From contig CAWGCU010000030.1 in assembly GCA_963821175.1 (NCBI GenBank), forward strand, positions 549 through 64,548: 64,000 bases of DNA. Direction: 5' to 3'. Below are positions 46,915 through 57,467 of this stretch, one piece after another. Numbering within the stretch: the stretch's first letter is position 1; the number at the start of each line of letters is the position of its first letter. Source of the DNA: an uncultured Alphaproteobacteria bacterium (lineage in GTDB: Bacteria; Pseudomonadota; Alphaproteobacteria; Rhizobiales; Xanthobacteraceae). The translations under genes and the position numbers were made by a program. The notes under the pieces are model-generated. The model did no database searches and was not told where the DNA came from. It saw only the letters and a program-made list of their open reading frames with translations.

Positions 46915-48141
46915 TTACCGCGCGGTGGCAGCGGCGCGCTCGGAGCGGCGCGCTTCGATATTGGGCAAGAATGCCGTGAGCAGCCCGATCAGCGGCAGGA
47001 ACGCACAGACCCGGTAGACGAACTCGATACTGGTCAGATCGGCAAGCACGCCCAAGGCCGCGGCGCCAATGCCCGCCATGCCGAACGCCACGCCGAAGAA
47101 CAGGCCGGACACCATGCCGACGCGTCCCGGCATCAGTTCCTGCGCATAAACGACGATCGCCGAGAATGCCGAGGACAGGATGAGACCGATCAGCACGCTC
47201 AAAACCACGGTCGCCGCGAGCCCGACATAGGGCAACACCAGCGTAAAGGGCAGCACGCCGAGGATCGAAACCCAGATCACGACTTTGCGGCCGAAGCGGT
47301 CGCCGATCGGGCCGCCGATGAATGTGCCCGCGGCAGCCGCTGCCAGAAACACGAACAAATAAATCTGCGCCGTCGCCGTGGGCAGCGCGAAGCGGTGCAT
47401 CAAGTAGAAGATGTAGTAGCTGGTGATGCTCGACAGATAGAAATACTTCGAGAAGATGAGCGCAATCAGCACCGCGATCGCGCGCCGCACCTGCGATTGC
47501 GGCAGCACGGCAGCCGGGATGGTCGCGCTGCGCGCCTTCGGCGCGGCGTGACCGCCGTTGCGGTACCAGTTGCCGAGCATGATCAAAATGACCATCGCCC
47601 CGAGCGCCACGAAGGCGAACCACGCGAGGCTGCTTTGGCCGTGCGGCAGAACGATAAAGGCTGCCAGCACCGGGCCGACCGCGCTGCCGAAGCTGCCGCC
47701 GAGCTGGAACAAAGATTGCGCCATGCCATGGGCGCCGCCCGAGGCGAGCCGCGCCAGCCGGGATGCTTCCGGATGGAAGATCGATGCGCCCAGCCCGAGC
47801 AGGGACGCTCCGGCCAGCAGCGCGAGGTAATTCGGCGCATAGGCGAGCAGACAGATGCCGAGCAGCGTGCAGCCCATGCCATAAGCCAGAGAATAAGGCT
47901 GCGGCTTGCGATCGGTGTAGAGACCGACCAGCGGCTGCAACAGCGAGGCGATGCCTTGCAGGACCAGCGTGATGAGCCCGATCTGACTGAAGCTCAGATC
48001 GAACGCGCTCTTGAGGATCGGATAGATCGCCGGCAACAGCGACACGACGAGGTCGTTCAGCAGATGGCAAAAGCTGATCGCCGCCAGGACGACAAATGCA
48101 GCGTTGCCGGCCTGTTGTCGGCTCACGATGGCCTGAGTCAC
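46915..48141 (-). CDS. MFS transporter (Fsr-like)
   Basis: Intact 408-aa ORF with 12 predicted TM segments and the MFS loop motif GLYTDRKPQP. Confidence 0.85.
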   Translation of the reverse strand: MTQAIVSRQQAGNAAFVVLAAISFCHLLNDLVVSLLPAIYPILKSAFDLSFSQIGLITLVLQGIASLLQPLVGLYTDRKPQPYSLAYGMGCTLLGICLLAYAPNYLALLAGASLLGLGASIFHPEASRLARLASGGAHGMAQSLFQLGGSFGSAVGPVLAAFIVLPHGQSSLAWFAFVALGAMVILIMLGNWYRNGGHAAPKARSATIPAAVLPQSQVRRAIAVLIALIFSKYFYLSSITSYYIFYLMHRFALPTATAQIYLFVFLAAAAAGTFIGGPIGDRFGRKVVIWVSILGVLPFTLVLPYVGLAATVVLSVLIGLILSSAFSAIVVYAQELMPGRVGMVSGLFFGVAFGMAGIGAAALGVLADLTSIEFVYRVCAFLPLIGLLTAFLPNIEARRSERAAATAR

Positions 48142-48321
48142 GGGAGAAAACCCTTCCTTCGCGCAAATAAACTCGGCGCGGGCATTTTTTGATTCGTCGC
48201 GCGTTACCTATCGCCCTCGGACGGACCCGGCTACCCCGATCCGGGCATCCGACCTATGCAGGATTGGCGCGCCGGCTCAATATCGTCATCCGGTGCATGC
48301 GGGTGCGGGGAGAGGTGAACA

Positions 48322-49957
48322 TTATTCTTTGACGCTCTTCACCGGCGTCTCCGGCGTCAGGCCGCCGCGCCGCTGCGCGAAGGTTTCCTTGCCGGTTTCT
48401 TCCCATTGGCCCGCGACCGCGCGGCTGGCGTAGACGTCCCAGGCCGCGTCCCAGTCGCCGAGCGAATAGCCGTGCCACGGCGGCTGCGGCGTGAGCGCCG
48501 GCAGGCCGAGTTCGTCCCAGATTTTTCGCGCGCGTTCCATGTACTCGCGCTTCGGCAGAGCCAGCGGCGGCGCAATGTCCTTCAGCGTGGCGTCGATCAG
48601 CATGGTGAATTCTTCGCCGCGCGGCCCCGACTTCGGGCCGTGGCCGGCGGCGCGATGCGGCACGATCTGCACGTCCTCGACCGGGTTGGCGCGATAGGCC
48701 AGCGACCAGAACACCGCGTCGGGATTTTCCGGATCGATGTCCTCGCTCACCGCGATGACGTATTTGCCGATATCGGCCTGCAAGCTCGCGGCGCCGTGCA
48801 GCGCGCGCCAGACTTCGGTGCGCGGCACGCCGGGCGCGAACTGCACGAAGATCACCTTGCGCAGATTGGTCAGCGGCTCGTGCATGACGACACGGCGCAC
48901 GCCCTTGATCGCCAGCGCGTCGCGCAGATGCGCCAGATAACGCGGCTCGTAGGCGACGCGCTTCATCACGCTGGATTCGCTCGGCGTCACCTCGCTCAGG
49001 ATCGAGACGAAGACCGGCGCGCGCTTGTGGGTGATCGCGGTGACCTGCATCGACATGTTGAAGTCTTCGAGCGCGACGTGGCCGTGGCTTTCGCCGAACG
49101 GCCCTTCCGGCTCGAGCAGCTCGGGATCGATCAAACCTTCGACCACGATCTCGGCGTCGGCCGGCACGTCGAGATCGACGGTGACGGCCTTGACGACGCG
49201 GATCGGCGCGCCGGCGAGCCCGCCGGCGACCGCCATCTCGTCGAGATCGATCGGCAGCTTTTGCGGGCCGGTGAACATCACCACCGGCGCGCAGCCGACC
49301 ACGATGGCGATCGGCATCGGCTTTTTCAGCTTGCGGTATTTCTGCCAGTGCAGATAACCGCCGGCGCCGCCGATGCGCGCCGCCATGCGCACGCCGAGCC
49401 GGTCGGTGGCCTTCAGCTGCGCGCGGTAGGTGCCCATGTTGCGGACGCCGGTTTCGGGATCCGCCGTGATGCACAAGGTCGCGGTGAGATACGGCGCCGC
49501 GTCGATAGCCCGGCGTCGAGATCGGCACCGGCAGAGCTTTCAGGCCGCCGTTCGGCCCGCGCAGCTCATCGCCCTTGATGACGACCTCCTGGCACGGCGC
49601 CGACGTCACTCTCGACCGGCGCAATCGGATGGGCGATGGCCCGCATCCAGGCATCGCCGATCTCCTCGACCGCGCAGCCCATGCCGACCGCGTAGATGTG
49701 CGCCGATGACGGCGAGCGCGCCGATCGCGACCGGCATGTCGTAGCGGCGCCCTGTCGAGTCGACCACGTTGGTGAACAAGAACGCGCGCCGCTCGTCTTC
49801 CTCGAGCCCGCCCTGGAATTGCCAGCGCACCAGCGGATGCAGCTCGGTGTCCTTGTTGACCGCCCGCTCGATGCGCCGCAGCAGCCCTTCGCGCTTCGAG
49901 CCGCGCAAGGTGCTCCTGGAAATCGAGCGCGCGCTTGCGGGCTGTCGAGCATCGCAT
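48322..49957 (-). pseudogene. UbiD-family (prenyl-FMN-dependent) decarboxylase, about four frameshifts as sequenced
   Basis: The C-terminal 384 codons are intact in ORF 48322..49476 (CITADPETGVRNMGTYR...GPFGESHGH...). N-terminal pieces lie in other frames (GLLRRIERAVNKDTELHPLVRW, SAHIYAVGMGC, CQEVVIKGDELRGPNGGLKALPVPISTPGY). The ATG at 49955..49957 overlaps the upstream stop (TAATG). Confidence 0.8.
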
Positions 49958-50349
49958 TACTTCTTGTTCTTCTCGTGCTCGGCGATGATCGGCCGCGCGC
50001 ACGCGGAAGCAATCGACGCCGGTCGGGGCGCCGCAATAGATCGTGACTCTGCGTCAGCGCGGCGCGGATTTCGTTCGGCGTGAGCCCGTTGTTGAGCGCG
50101 CCGCGCACGTGGGTGTGCGAATTCCTCCATCTTGCCGAGCGCGCCGATCATGCCGAGGTTGAGGATCGAGCGCTCGCGCGGTTTGCAGCGTCTCGTCGCC
50201 CCAGGTCTCGCCCCAGCAATATTCGGTGAGCAGCGCTGAAAATCGCGATTGAAGTCGTCGACGTTTTGCCAGCGCGCGGTCGACGTAAGCGTCGCCCAAA
50301 ACCTGTTTGCGCTCTTGGCAAGGCCGAGATCGTAGCGTTTCTGGTCCAT
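49957..50349 (-). pseudogene. carboxymuconolactone decarboxylase (CMD/PcaC-like) family protein, about seven frame switches as sequenced
   Basis: Hand translation across three frames gives MDQKRYDLGLAK / RKQVLGDAYVDRALA / NVDDFNRDFQ / ALLTEYCWGETWGDETL / KPRERSILNLGMIGALGKMEEF / RTHVRGALNNGLTPNEIRAALTQ / VTIYCGAPTGVDCFRV / PIIAEHEKNKK. The RBS GGAGTGAGGA lies upstream of ATG 50347..50349. Confidence 0.65.
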
Positions 50350-50359
50350 GGTAGTTTCC

Positions 50360-50964
50360 TCACTCCGGTTGCTTGACTTTAAGTCTTCCGCCGGGCCGCC
50401 CTTCCAGCGTTTGACCATGCCGGTGTCGATGCCGAACAGGTCGAGCAGCCGGCCGCAGGTGTGATTGATGATGTCGTCGACCGATTTCGGCCGGTTGTAG
50501 AACGCCGGCACGATCGGCGCGATCACGGCGCCGATATCGGCGAGCGTGGTCATGGTGCGCAGATGGCCGCCGTGCAGCGGCGTCTCGCGCACCGCCAGCA
50601 CCAGCCGGCGCTTTTCCTTGAGCACGACGTCGGCGGCGCGCGACAACAGCGTCGCGGTGACGCCGGTCGCGATCTCGCTCATGGTGCGGATCGAGCACGG
50701 CGCGATGATCATGCCCATGGTCGGGAACGAGCCCGACGAGATCGCGGCGCCGATGTCGGTGACCGGATAGGATTTGGTGGCGAGCTCGCGCACGTCCTTG
50801 GCCTTGAGATCGGTCTCGTAGGCCAGCGTCATCTCCGCCGACTTGCTCATGACCAGATGGGTCTCGATGTCGGTCTTGCGCAGCATTTCCAGCAGCCGCA
50901 CGCCGTAGATCGTGCCCGACGCTCCCGATATGCCGACAATGAGCCGCGCAGCGGTTTTGGCCAT
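50360..50964 (-). CDS. ubiX: UbiX-type flavin prenyltransferase; as sequenced its frame reads through into the CMD gene
   Basis: ARLIVGISGASGTIYGVRLLEML...SKSAE.TL...MIIAPCSIRTMSEIA.G....LLSRAADVVLKE.R.LVL..RETPLH lies in ORF 49957..50964. An alternative frame gives the stop TGA at 50360..50362 (...RLKVKQPE). Confidence 0.8.
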
Positions 50965-51027
50965 TCCTGCCCTCGTTTCTTATGGCGCCGTGTTGTGCCA
51001 CGCGGCGGGGCGCGGTTCCAGTAGGGG

Positions 51028-51545
51028 TCAGCGCCCGGTCAGGCCGTCGAACGCGTCGACCAGAACGTCGACCGACGCCTTGGGAAAGCTTGCGCCCATC
51101 GCGCGCTCGAAAGCCGCGACATTGCCGCGCGCCGCGGCCGGCGGCTCGGACGGCTTGCCGAGCGGGCCGGACTGGGTGAAGGCGTAGAGCGCTTCCTGCT
51201 GCAGCTTCTCGGCCTCGAGCTCGACCGCCTTGACCTTGTCGCGCAAGCGCTTCCTGCTTGGCCGGATCGACGAAGGTCTTGGCGCCTTTGAGCTTGCGGC
51301 GCGTATCGCGGATCGGAATGATGGTGAGCTCGCGCCAGCTCTTGATCGTGGCATCGAGCTTTTTCACTTCGTCGGCCGAGAGCAGCTGCCGCTCGCGACG
51401 CCAGCCAGAACAAAAACAGCAGCAGATTGACGTCGATGCCGCAGCCGTCCTGCAAGGCGATGCAGGCGTCGGAGACGCCGGGCTGGCCGTAAAATTTCAG
51501 CGAGAACCGCCAGAACGGCGTCGTTGCGGTTGGCGTATCGTTCAT
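51028..51545 (-). pseudogene. DUF2390 (TIGR02444-like) family protein, one frameshift as sequenced
   Basis: MNDTPTATTPFWRFSLKFYGQPGVSDACIALQDGCGIDVNLLLFLFWLA lies in ORF 51039..51545. It continues as ...KLDATIKSWRELTIIPIRDTRRKLK in ORF 50360..51367 and ends in ORF 51028..51354. Confidence 0.55.
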
Positions 51546-51555
51546 GGCGGCGGCC

Positions 51556-53910
51556 TCATGCAGCGAATAATTTTTCGTAAGCGCCCGCCGCGCGCAGCGC
51601 CGCGACGATGCGCTCCGGCGTCAGCGGCGTCTCGGCGAAATGCACGTCGAACGGCGACAGCGCGTCTTCGATCGCGCCGATGATCGCCGCCGCCGCCGGA
51701 ATGGTGCCGCCCTCGCCCGCGCCCTTGACGCCGAGCGGATTGAGCGGATTGACGGTCTCGACATGGGCGATGGCGCAGGTCGGCACGTCGGTCGCCATCG
51801 GCAATGAGATAATCGGCGAACGACGTGGTCAGCGGCTGCGCGTTCTCGTCGTATTGCATCCATTCGAACAGCGCGTTGCCGATGCCGTGGGCGACGCCGC
51901 CCTGCACCTGGCCGTCGACGATCAGCGGATTGATGACGCGGCCGGAATCGTGGGCGACGGTGTAGCGCAAGATCTTCACGCCGCCGGTCATGGCATCGAC
52001 CTCGACCTCGGCGACGTGGGTGCCGGAGCAATAGGCGGCCTGTTGCGGCGTGTAATAGGCGGTGTGTTCGAGGCCCGCCGCCTGGCCGGCCGGCAGCGAC
52101 ACGCCGGGAATGCCCTGCGCCAGCCGCGCCAATTCGCCGAAGCCGATGATCGGCTTGTTGCCGGTCTCGGCAATGGCCTGGCCGTTGTCGAGATCGATGT
52201 CGCTCTCCTTGACGCCGAGCACGCGCGCGGCAAGCGGCGATCAAGCTGCGTGCGCACCGATTGGCCGGCGAGGAGCGCCGAGCAGCCGGCATTGACCGCC
52301 TGGCGGCTGGCGAAGGCGCCGACGCCTTGGGCGATCGCGCCGGTGTCGCCGATGGTCATGACGATGTCCTCGATGCGGCAGCCGACTTGTTCGGCGACGA
52401 TCTGCGACAGCGTGGTGCGCGTGCCCTGGCCCTGGTTGGTGGCGCCGGTCGCGACCGCGACTTTGCCGCTCGGCAGCACCCGCACCGTGACGCCCTCGAA
52501 CGGGCCCAGGCCGGTGCCCTCGACGTAATTGCCGAGCCCGATGCCGATGAAGCGGCCTTCGTCGAGCGCCGCGCGTTGCCGCTCGCGGAAGCTTTCGTAG
52601 TCGGCGTCGACGAGCGCGGTCGCCTGCCCTTTCGGATAATCGCCGCTGTCATAGATCAGCGGCTTGCCGTCGCGGAAAAGCAGCCCGACCTCGTAGGGCA
52701 TCTGCTCCGGCTGGATGAAATTGCGCCGCCGCACCTCGGCGCGATCGAGCTGCAATTCGCGCGCGACGCGGTCGAGCAATCGCTCCATGGCGAACACCGC
52801 CTGCGGCCGGCCGGCGCCGCGCACCGGCGTGGTCGGCACCTTGTTGGTGAGCACCACCATGGTGTCGAGCTGATAGGCCGGGATCACGTAAGGGCCCGGC
52901 ACTGTCGCCGCGGCGATGTAAGGCATGATGATGCCCCACGGCACGAAGGCGCCGGAATCGTGCAGCATGCGGCCGCGCACGCCGAGAATTTTTGCCTCCG
53001 CATCGACCGCGATGGCGACGTTCCAGTATTGGTCGCGCTCCTGGGTGGCGCACAAAAAATGCTCGCGGCGGTCCTCGATCCATTTCACCGGCCGGCCAAG
53101 CTTCAGCGCCGCCGCCGGGATCACGGCCTCCTCGGGATAGAAGATCGCCTTCGGCCCGAAGCCGCCGCCGACGTCGGGCGCGATCATGCGGATCGATTCG
53201 AGCTCGCGGCCGAGCAGGTCGGCGAGCATGCGGCGGCCGATATGCGGCGTCTGCGTGCCCGACCACACCGTCAACATATCGGTCGCGGCGTCGTGGCTGG
53301 CGAGCACCGCGCGCGTCTCGATCGCCATGCCGCCGCCGCGGTGCTGCCAGAGCTCGTCCTCGAAAATATGCGGGGCGTTGGCGAAGGCGGCATCGACGTC
53401 GCCGTAAGCGAGCTGGAACGTGGAGAGCACATTGGAGCCGAGCGCGGCGTGGGCCCGCGGCGCGCCGTCCTCGACCGCGTCGCGGCAGTCGCCGACCGCC
53501 GGCAGCGCGTCGTAATGCACGGCGACCGCGGCGGCGGCGTCCTCGGCGATGTAGCGAGTGTCGGCGATCACCACCGCGACCGGCTGGCCGACATAATAGA
53601 CTTCGGCGCGCGCCAGCACATGCTGGGTGCACAGCGCCGAGATCGACGGATTGGGCAGCAGCATCGGCATCGCTTCGCTGCGCATCGGATCCGGCAGATC
53701 GTTGGCGGCGATGACGGCGTGGACGCCGGGTATCGCCAGCGCCGCCTTGGCGTCGATGCCGTGCACCCGCGCATGCGCATAAGGCGAGCGGACGAAGCAG
53801 GCGTGCAGCACGCCGGACAGTTTCACGTCGTCGACGAAACGGCCGCGGCCGGACAGCAGCGCCGGATCTTCGAGCCGCGTCACGCGCGCGCCGAAATGTT
53901 TTGCGCCCAT
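51556..53910 (-). pseudogene. xanthine dehydrogenase/CoxL-family molybdopterin-binding large subunit, two frameshifts as sequenced
   Basis: MGAKHFGARVTRLEDPALLSGRGRFVDD...GGGFGPK... lies in ORF 51988..53979 (start at Met24 = 53910). It continues in ORF 51542..52222 (HVAEVEVD..TG.VKILRY..AHD.GR.INP) and ORF 51556..51804 (NPLNPLGVKGAGEGG). Confidence 0.8.
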
Positions 53911-53914
53911 CGCG

Positions 53915-54409
53915 TCAGCCCCCTGCCGCGCCGCGCAAACGCTGCGCCGCATCGAGCGCCGCTTTGACGATGCCGGCATAGCCGGTGCAGCGGCAGAGAT
54001 TGCCGGTCAGCGCCTCGCGCACCTCGTGCTCGCTCGGCGCAGGATTTTCGCGCAACAGCTCGGTGAGCGTGACCAGCATGCCCGGCGTGCAGAAGCCGCA
54101 TTGCAGGCCGTGATTGTCGACGAAGGCTTGCTGCAGCACCGACAGCCCGCCCTCGGGCGTGAGCCCCTCGACCGTCGTCACCTCGCAGCCGTTGGCCTGC
54201 ACCGCGAACATCAGGCACGCGCGCGTCGAATGGCCGTCGACCAGCACCGTGCAGGCGCCGCAGACGCCGTGCTCGCAGCCGAGATGGGTGCCGGTGAGCC
54301 CAAGCTCGTGGCGCAGGAAATCGGCCAGCGTCAGCCGCGACTCGACGATGCGCGCATGCGCCTTGCCGTTGACCGTCACCCGCGTTGGCTGCTTACTCAT
54401 ACGCTCCAC
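53915..54409 (-). CDS. (2Fe-2S)-binding small subunit (CoxS-like)
   Basis: Intact ORF with the motifs [12 protein letters not shown] and QCGFCTPGM...CRCTGY. Confidence 0.9.
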   Translation of the reverse strand: MERMSKQPTRVTVNGKAHARIVESRLTLADFLRHELGLTGTHLGCEHGVCGACTVLVDGHSTRACLMFAVQANGCEVTTVEGLTPEGGLSVLQQAFVDNHGLQCGFCTPGMLVTLTELLRENPAPSEHEVREALTGNLCRCTGYAGIVKAALDAAQRLRGAAGG

Positions 54410-54431
54410 ACAACCAGGTTACACAACGACA

Positions 54432-55314
54432 CTACACAACATTCGGCACATCGACGCCGGCGCGACGCGCCGCGTCGGTGAGCGCGCGCGCGCTCAAGAC
54501 CTGCGCGAGATGGCGGCGATACTCGGCGCCGGCGTGAATATCCGAAATCGGCTCGATCAGCCATGCCGCGGCGGCCGCGGAGCGGATAAGCGCTCGAGTC
54601 GAGCGGCTGGCCGACCAGCCGCGCTTCGGCGGCTTCGACCCGGACCGGCGACGCGGCAACGCCGCACAGCGAAAGCGCCGCGCGGCGCACCACATTGCCG
54701 GCGCCGACATCGAGCAGCGCCGCGGCGCCGGCCAGCGCAAAATCGCCGTGCCGGCGGGCGAATTCGTGGAAGCCATAGCCATGACCCTGGCGCCAGACCG
54801 GCAGGTCGATGGCCGCGATCATCTCGTCGGGCTCGAGCGCGGTCGCCATGAAGCCGGTCGAGAAATCCTGAAACGCCACCTGCCGGATGCCGCGGATGCT
54901 GGCGACATGGATGACGGCGTCGTAGGCCGCGCACACCGCCGGCAGTTCGGCGGCCGGATCGGCGTGCGCCAGACTGCCGCCGATGGTGCCGCGGTTGCGC
55001 GTCTGGCGATGCCCGACATGGCGCAACGCCTCCGCCAGCAGCGGACAATATTGCGCGATCTCGGGCGCGGTTTCGAGCTCGCGCTGGCGCATCATGGCGC
55101 CGATGCGCAGCCAGCCGTCGACCACGGCGATGCCGCGCAGGTCGGCGATGCCGCCGAGATCGACCAGATGATCGGCGACGACGTAGCGAAAATTCATCAT
55201 CGGCACCAACGACTGCCCGCCCGCCAGAATCTTGGCGTTGGGCAGCGTGGCCAACAACTCGGCGGCCTCTTTGAGCTGCCGCGGCGCATGATAGTCGAAC
55301 GGGGCTGGCTTCAT
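54432..55314 (-). pseudogene. FAD-binding medium subunit (CoxM-like), one frameshift near the 3' end as sequenced
   Basis: MKPAPFDYHAPRQLKEA..LL......ILAGGQSLVPMMNFR...TIGGSLAH.DPAAELP lies in ORF 54397..55314. The C-terminus ...DIHAGAEYRRHLAQVL lies in ORF 54432..54782. Confidence 0.8.
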
Positions 55315-55461
55315 TTATCCCGGGCGTAATTTTGCCGACGGTGGCGCAGGCTAAAGTGCCGAAATCCCAGTCAAATCCTTGTGCTCGGCATCACAGGACC
55401 CGGGTATCGAAGCATGCTAGTTTAGCTCGCGCAAGGAAGGCGATCACCTACGCGGGGCATC

Positions 55462-56472
55462 GTGATTTCCAACATCGGCAGGCGCAAATTCCTGACCACG
55501 CTCGGCGGCGCGGCGGCGGCATCGTCGCTGCTTCGCCCGCGCGCCGTAAGCGCGCAGCAGCCGGCGCTGCCGGTGGTCGCGTTTATCCATGCCGGGTCGC
55601 CCACTGACTCCACCTCCCGTGCGGCCGCATTCGGCAAAGGCCTCTCCGAAACCGGCTATGTCGAGGGCCAAAACGTGACGGTCGAGTACCATTGGCTGGA
55701 AGGCCACTATGATCGCGTGTCCGCGGTGGTGGCCGATGTGGTTCGTCGCCAAGTGGCCGTCATCGCCACGCCTGCCAGTTCGCTCGCGACGCTGACGGCC
55801 AAAAATGCAACGGCGACGATACCAATCGTCTTCGGCGCCGCCGAAGACCCTGTCAAACTTGGCTTTGTCGCCAGCCTTGCCCGGCCGGGCGGCAACGTGA
55901 CCGGCATCAATTTTTTTACCACGGAGGTGACGGCCAAGGAGCTGCGGTTGCTGCATGATTTCGTGCCCAAGGCGGTTCGCATTGCCGTGCTGGTCAACCC
56001 GGCCAATGCCGCGACAGCCGGGACCACATTGCGGGAGGTGCAGGAAGCCGCACCCACCATCGGGCTACAAATCCAGATTCTCAACGCCTCGACGATCGCT
56101 GAGATCGATGCGGCCTTTGCCAGTCTTGCGCGCGAGCGTCCGGACGCCCTGTTCGTGGTTCCGGACGCATTCTTCGGCAGTCGCCGCGTGCAATTTGTCA
56201 CTTTGACAGCGGCCAACAAGATTCCTGCGACATTTTGGGATCGGGATATTGTCGCAGCCGGCGGGCTGATGAGCTACGGCACCGACCTCGCGGACGCATT
56301 TCGTCAAGTCGGCATCTGCACCGGCACCATCCTCAAGGGCGTCAAGCCCGCCGACCTGCCGGTGCAGCAGCTGACCAAATTCGTGTTCGCCATCAATCTG
56401 CAAACGGCGCGCGCGCTCGGCATCGAGGTGCCGCCCGGGGTGCTCTCGATTGCCGACGAGGTGATCGAATGA
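55462..56472 (+). CDS. PF04392-type ABC substrate-binding protein, tandem array member 1
   Basis: Intact 336-aa ORF (GTG start), ...RRKFLTTLGGAAAASSLL... to ...LSIADEVIE. It is closest by eye to array member 6. Confidence 0.85.
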   Translation: MISNIGRRKFLTTLGGAAAASSLLRPRAVSAQQPALPVVAFIHAGSPTDSTSRAAAFGKGLSETGYVEGQNVTVEYHWLEGHYDRVSAVVADVVRRQVAVIATPASSLATLTAKNATATIPIVFGAAEDPVKLGFVASLARPGGNVTGINFFTTEVTAKELRLLHDFVPKAVRIAVLVNPANAATAGTTLREVQEAAPTIGLQIQILNASTIAEIDAAFASLARERPDALFVVPDAFFGSRRVQFVTLTAANKIPATFWDRDIVAAGGLMSYGTDLADAFRQVGICTGTILKGVKPADLPVQQLTKFVFAINLQTARALGIEVPPGVLSIADEVIE

Positions 56473-57467
56473 GGCGGCGCGAGGTCATCATGCTGACCGG
56501 CAGCGCGGCGGCAACATCGCTGTTTTTCCCGCTTGCCGCGCGCGCGCAGCAGCCCGAGCAGATGCGGCGGATCGGTGTGCTCATGAACGCGGCCGCGAAC
56601 GATCCGGAAGGTCAGGCCAGCATCGCGGCGTTCCAGCACGTCCTGCAACAATTGGGCTGGAGCGACGGCCGCAATGTGCGGATCGACATCCGCTGGGGCG
56701 AGAACGATGTCGACCGCGATCGCCGATACGCGGCGGAATTGGTCGCGCTCGCGCCGGACGTCATCCTGGCCAGCGGCACCCTGAGCGTGACGGCGTTGCA
56801 ACATATCACCCGCACCTTGCCGATCGTGTTCGTGCGCGTCTCCGATCCGGTCGGCGCCGGCTTCGTCGATAGCCTCGCCCGGCCGGGCGGCAACACCACT
56901 GGCTTTATGCTGTTCGAATATAGTTTGAGCGGGAAATGGCTGGAACTTCTCAAGCAGATCGTGCCGAGCCTGACGCGAGCGGCAGTCCTTCGGGATCCTG
57001 CCAATCCTGCCGGCATCGCTCAGTTCGGCGCCATCCAGGCCGCAGCGCAGCCGCTCGGGGTGGAGGTGAGCCCCATCAGCGTGCGCGACGCCGAGGAGAT
57101 CGAACGCGCCGTCGCGGCCTTCGCCCGCTCCGCGAATGGCGGCCTGATCGTGACGCCGAGCGCCGGCGTGTCGGTTCATCACGATCTGATCATCGCGCTT
57201 GCGGCCCGGCACAAGCTGCCCGCGGTCTATGCCCACCGGGCCAACGTCACCGCCGGCGGCTTGATCTCCTACGCGCCTGATGAGGTCGACCAGTTCCGGC
57301 GCGCGGCCGGCTACGTCGATCGCATCCTCAAGGGCGAGAAGCCGGCCGATCTTCCGGTGCAGGCGCCGACCAAGTACGAACTGGTGATCAACCTCAAGAC
57401 CGCCAAGGCGCTCGGCCTCGACATGCCGGCGGCACTGCTCGCGCGCGCCGACCAGGTGATCGAATGA
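56469..57467 (+). CDS. PF04392-type ABC substrate-binding protein, array member 2 (most divergent)
   Basis: Start at ATG 56469 (MRRREVIMLTGSAAATSLF) within ORF 56235..57467. ATGA overlaps the stop of member 1. It ends ...LARADQVIE. Confidence 0.85.
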   Translation: MRRREVIMLTGSAAATSLFFPLAARAQQPEQMRRIGVLMNAAANDPEGQASIAAFQHVLQQLGWSDGRNVRIDIRWGENDVDRDRRYAAELVALAPDVILASGTLSVTALQHITRTLPIVFVRVSDPVGAGFVDSLARPGGNTTGFMLFEYSLSGKWLELLKQIVPSLTRAAVLRDPANPAGIAQFGAIQAAAQPLGVEVSPISVRDAEEIERAVAAFARSANGGLIVTPSAGVSVHHDLIIALAARHKLPAVYAHRANVTAGGLISYAPDEVDQFRRAAGYVDRILKGEKPADLPVQAPTKYELVINLKTAKALGLDMPAALLARADQVIE

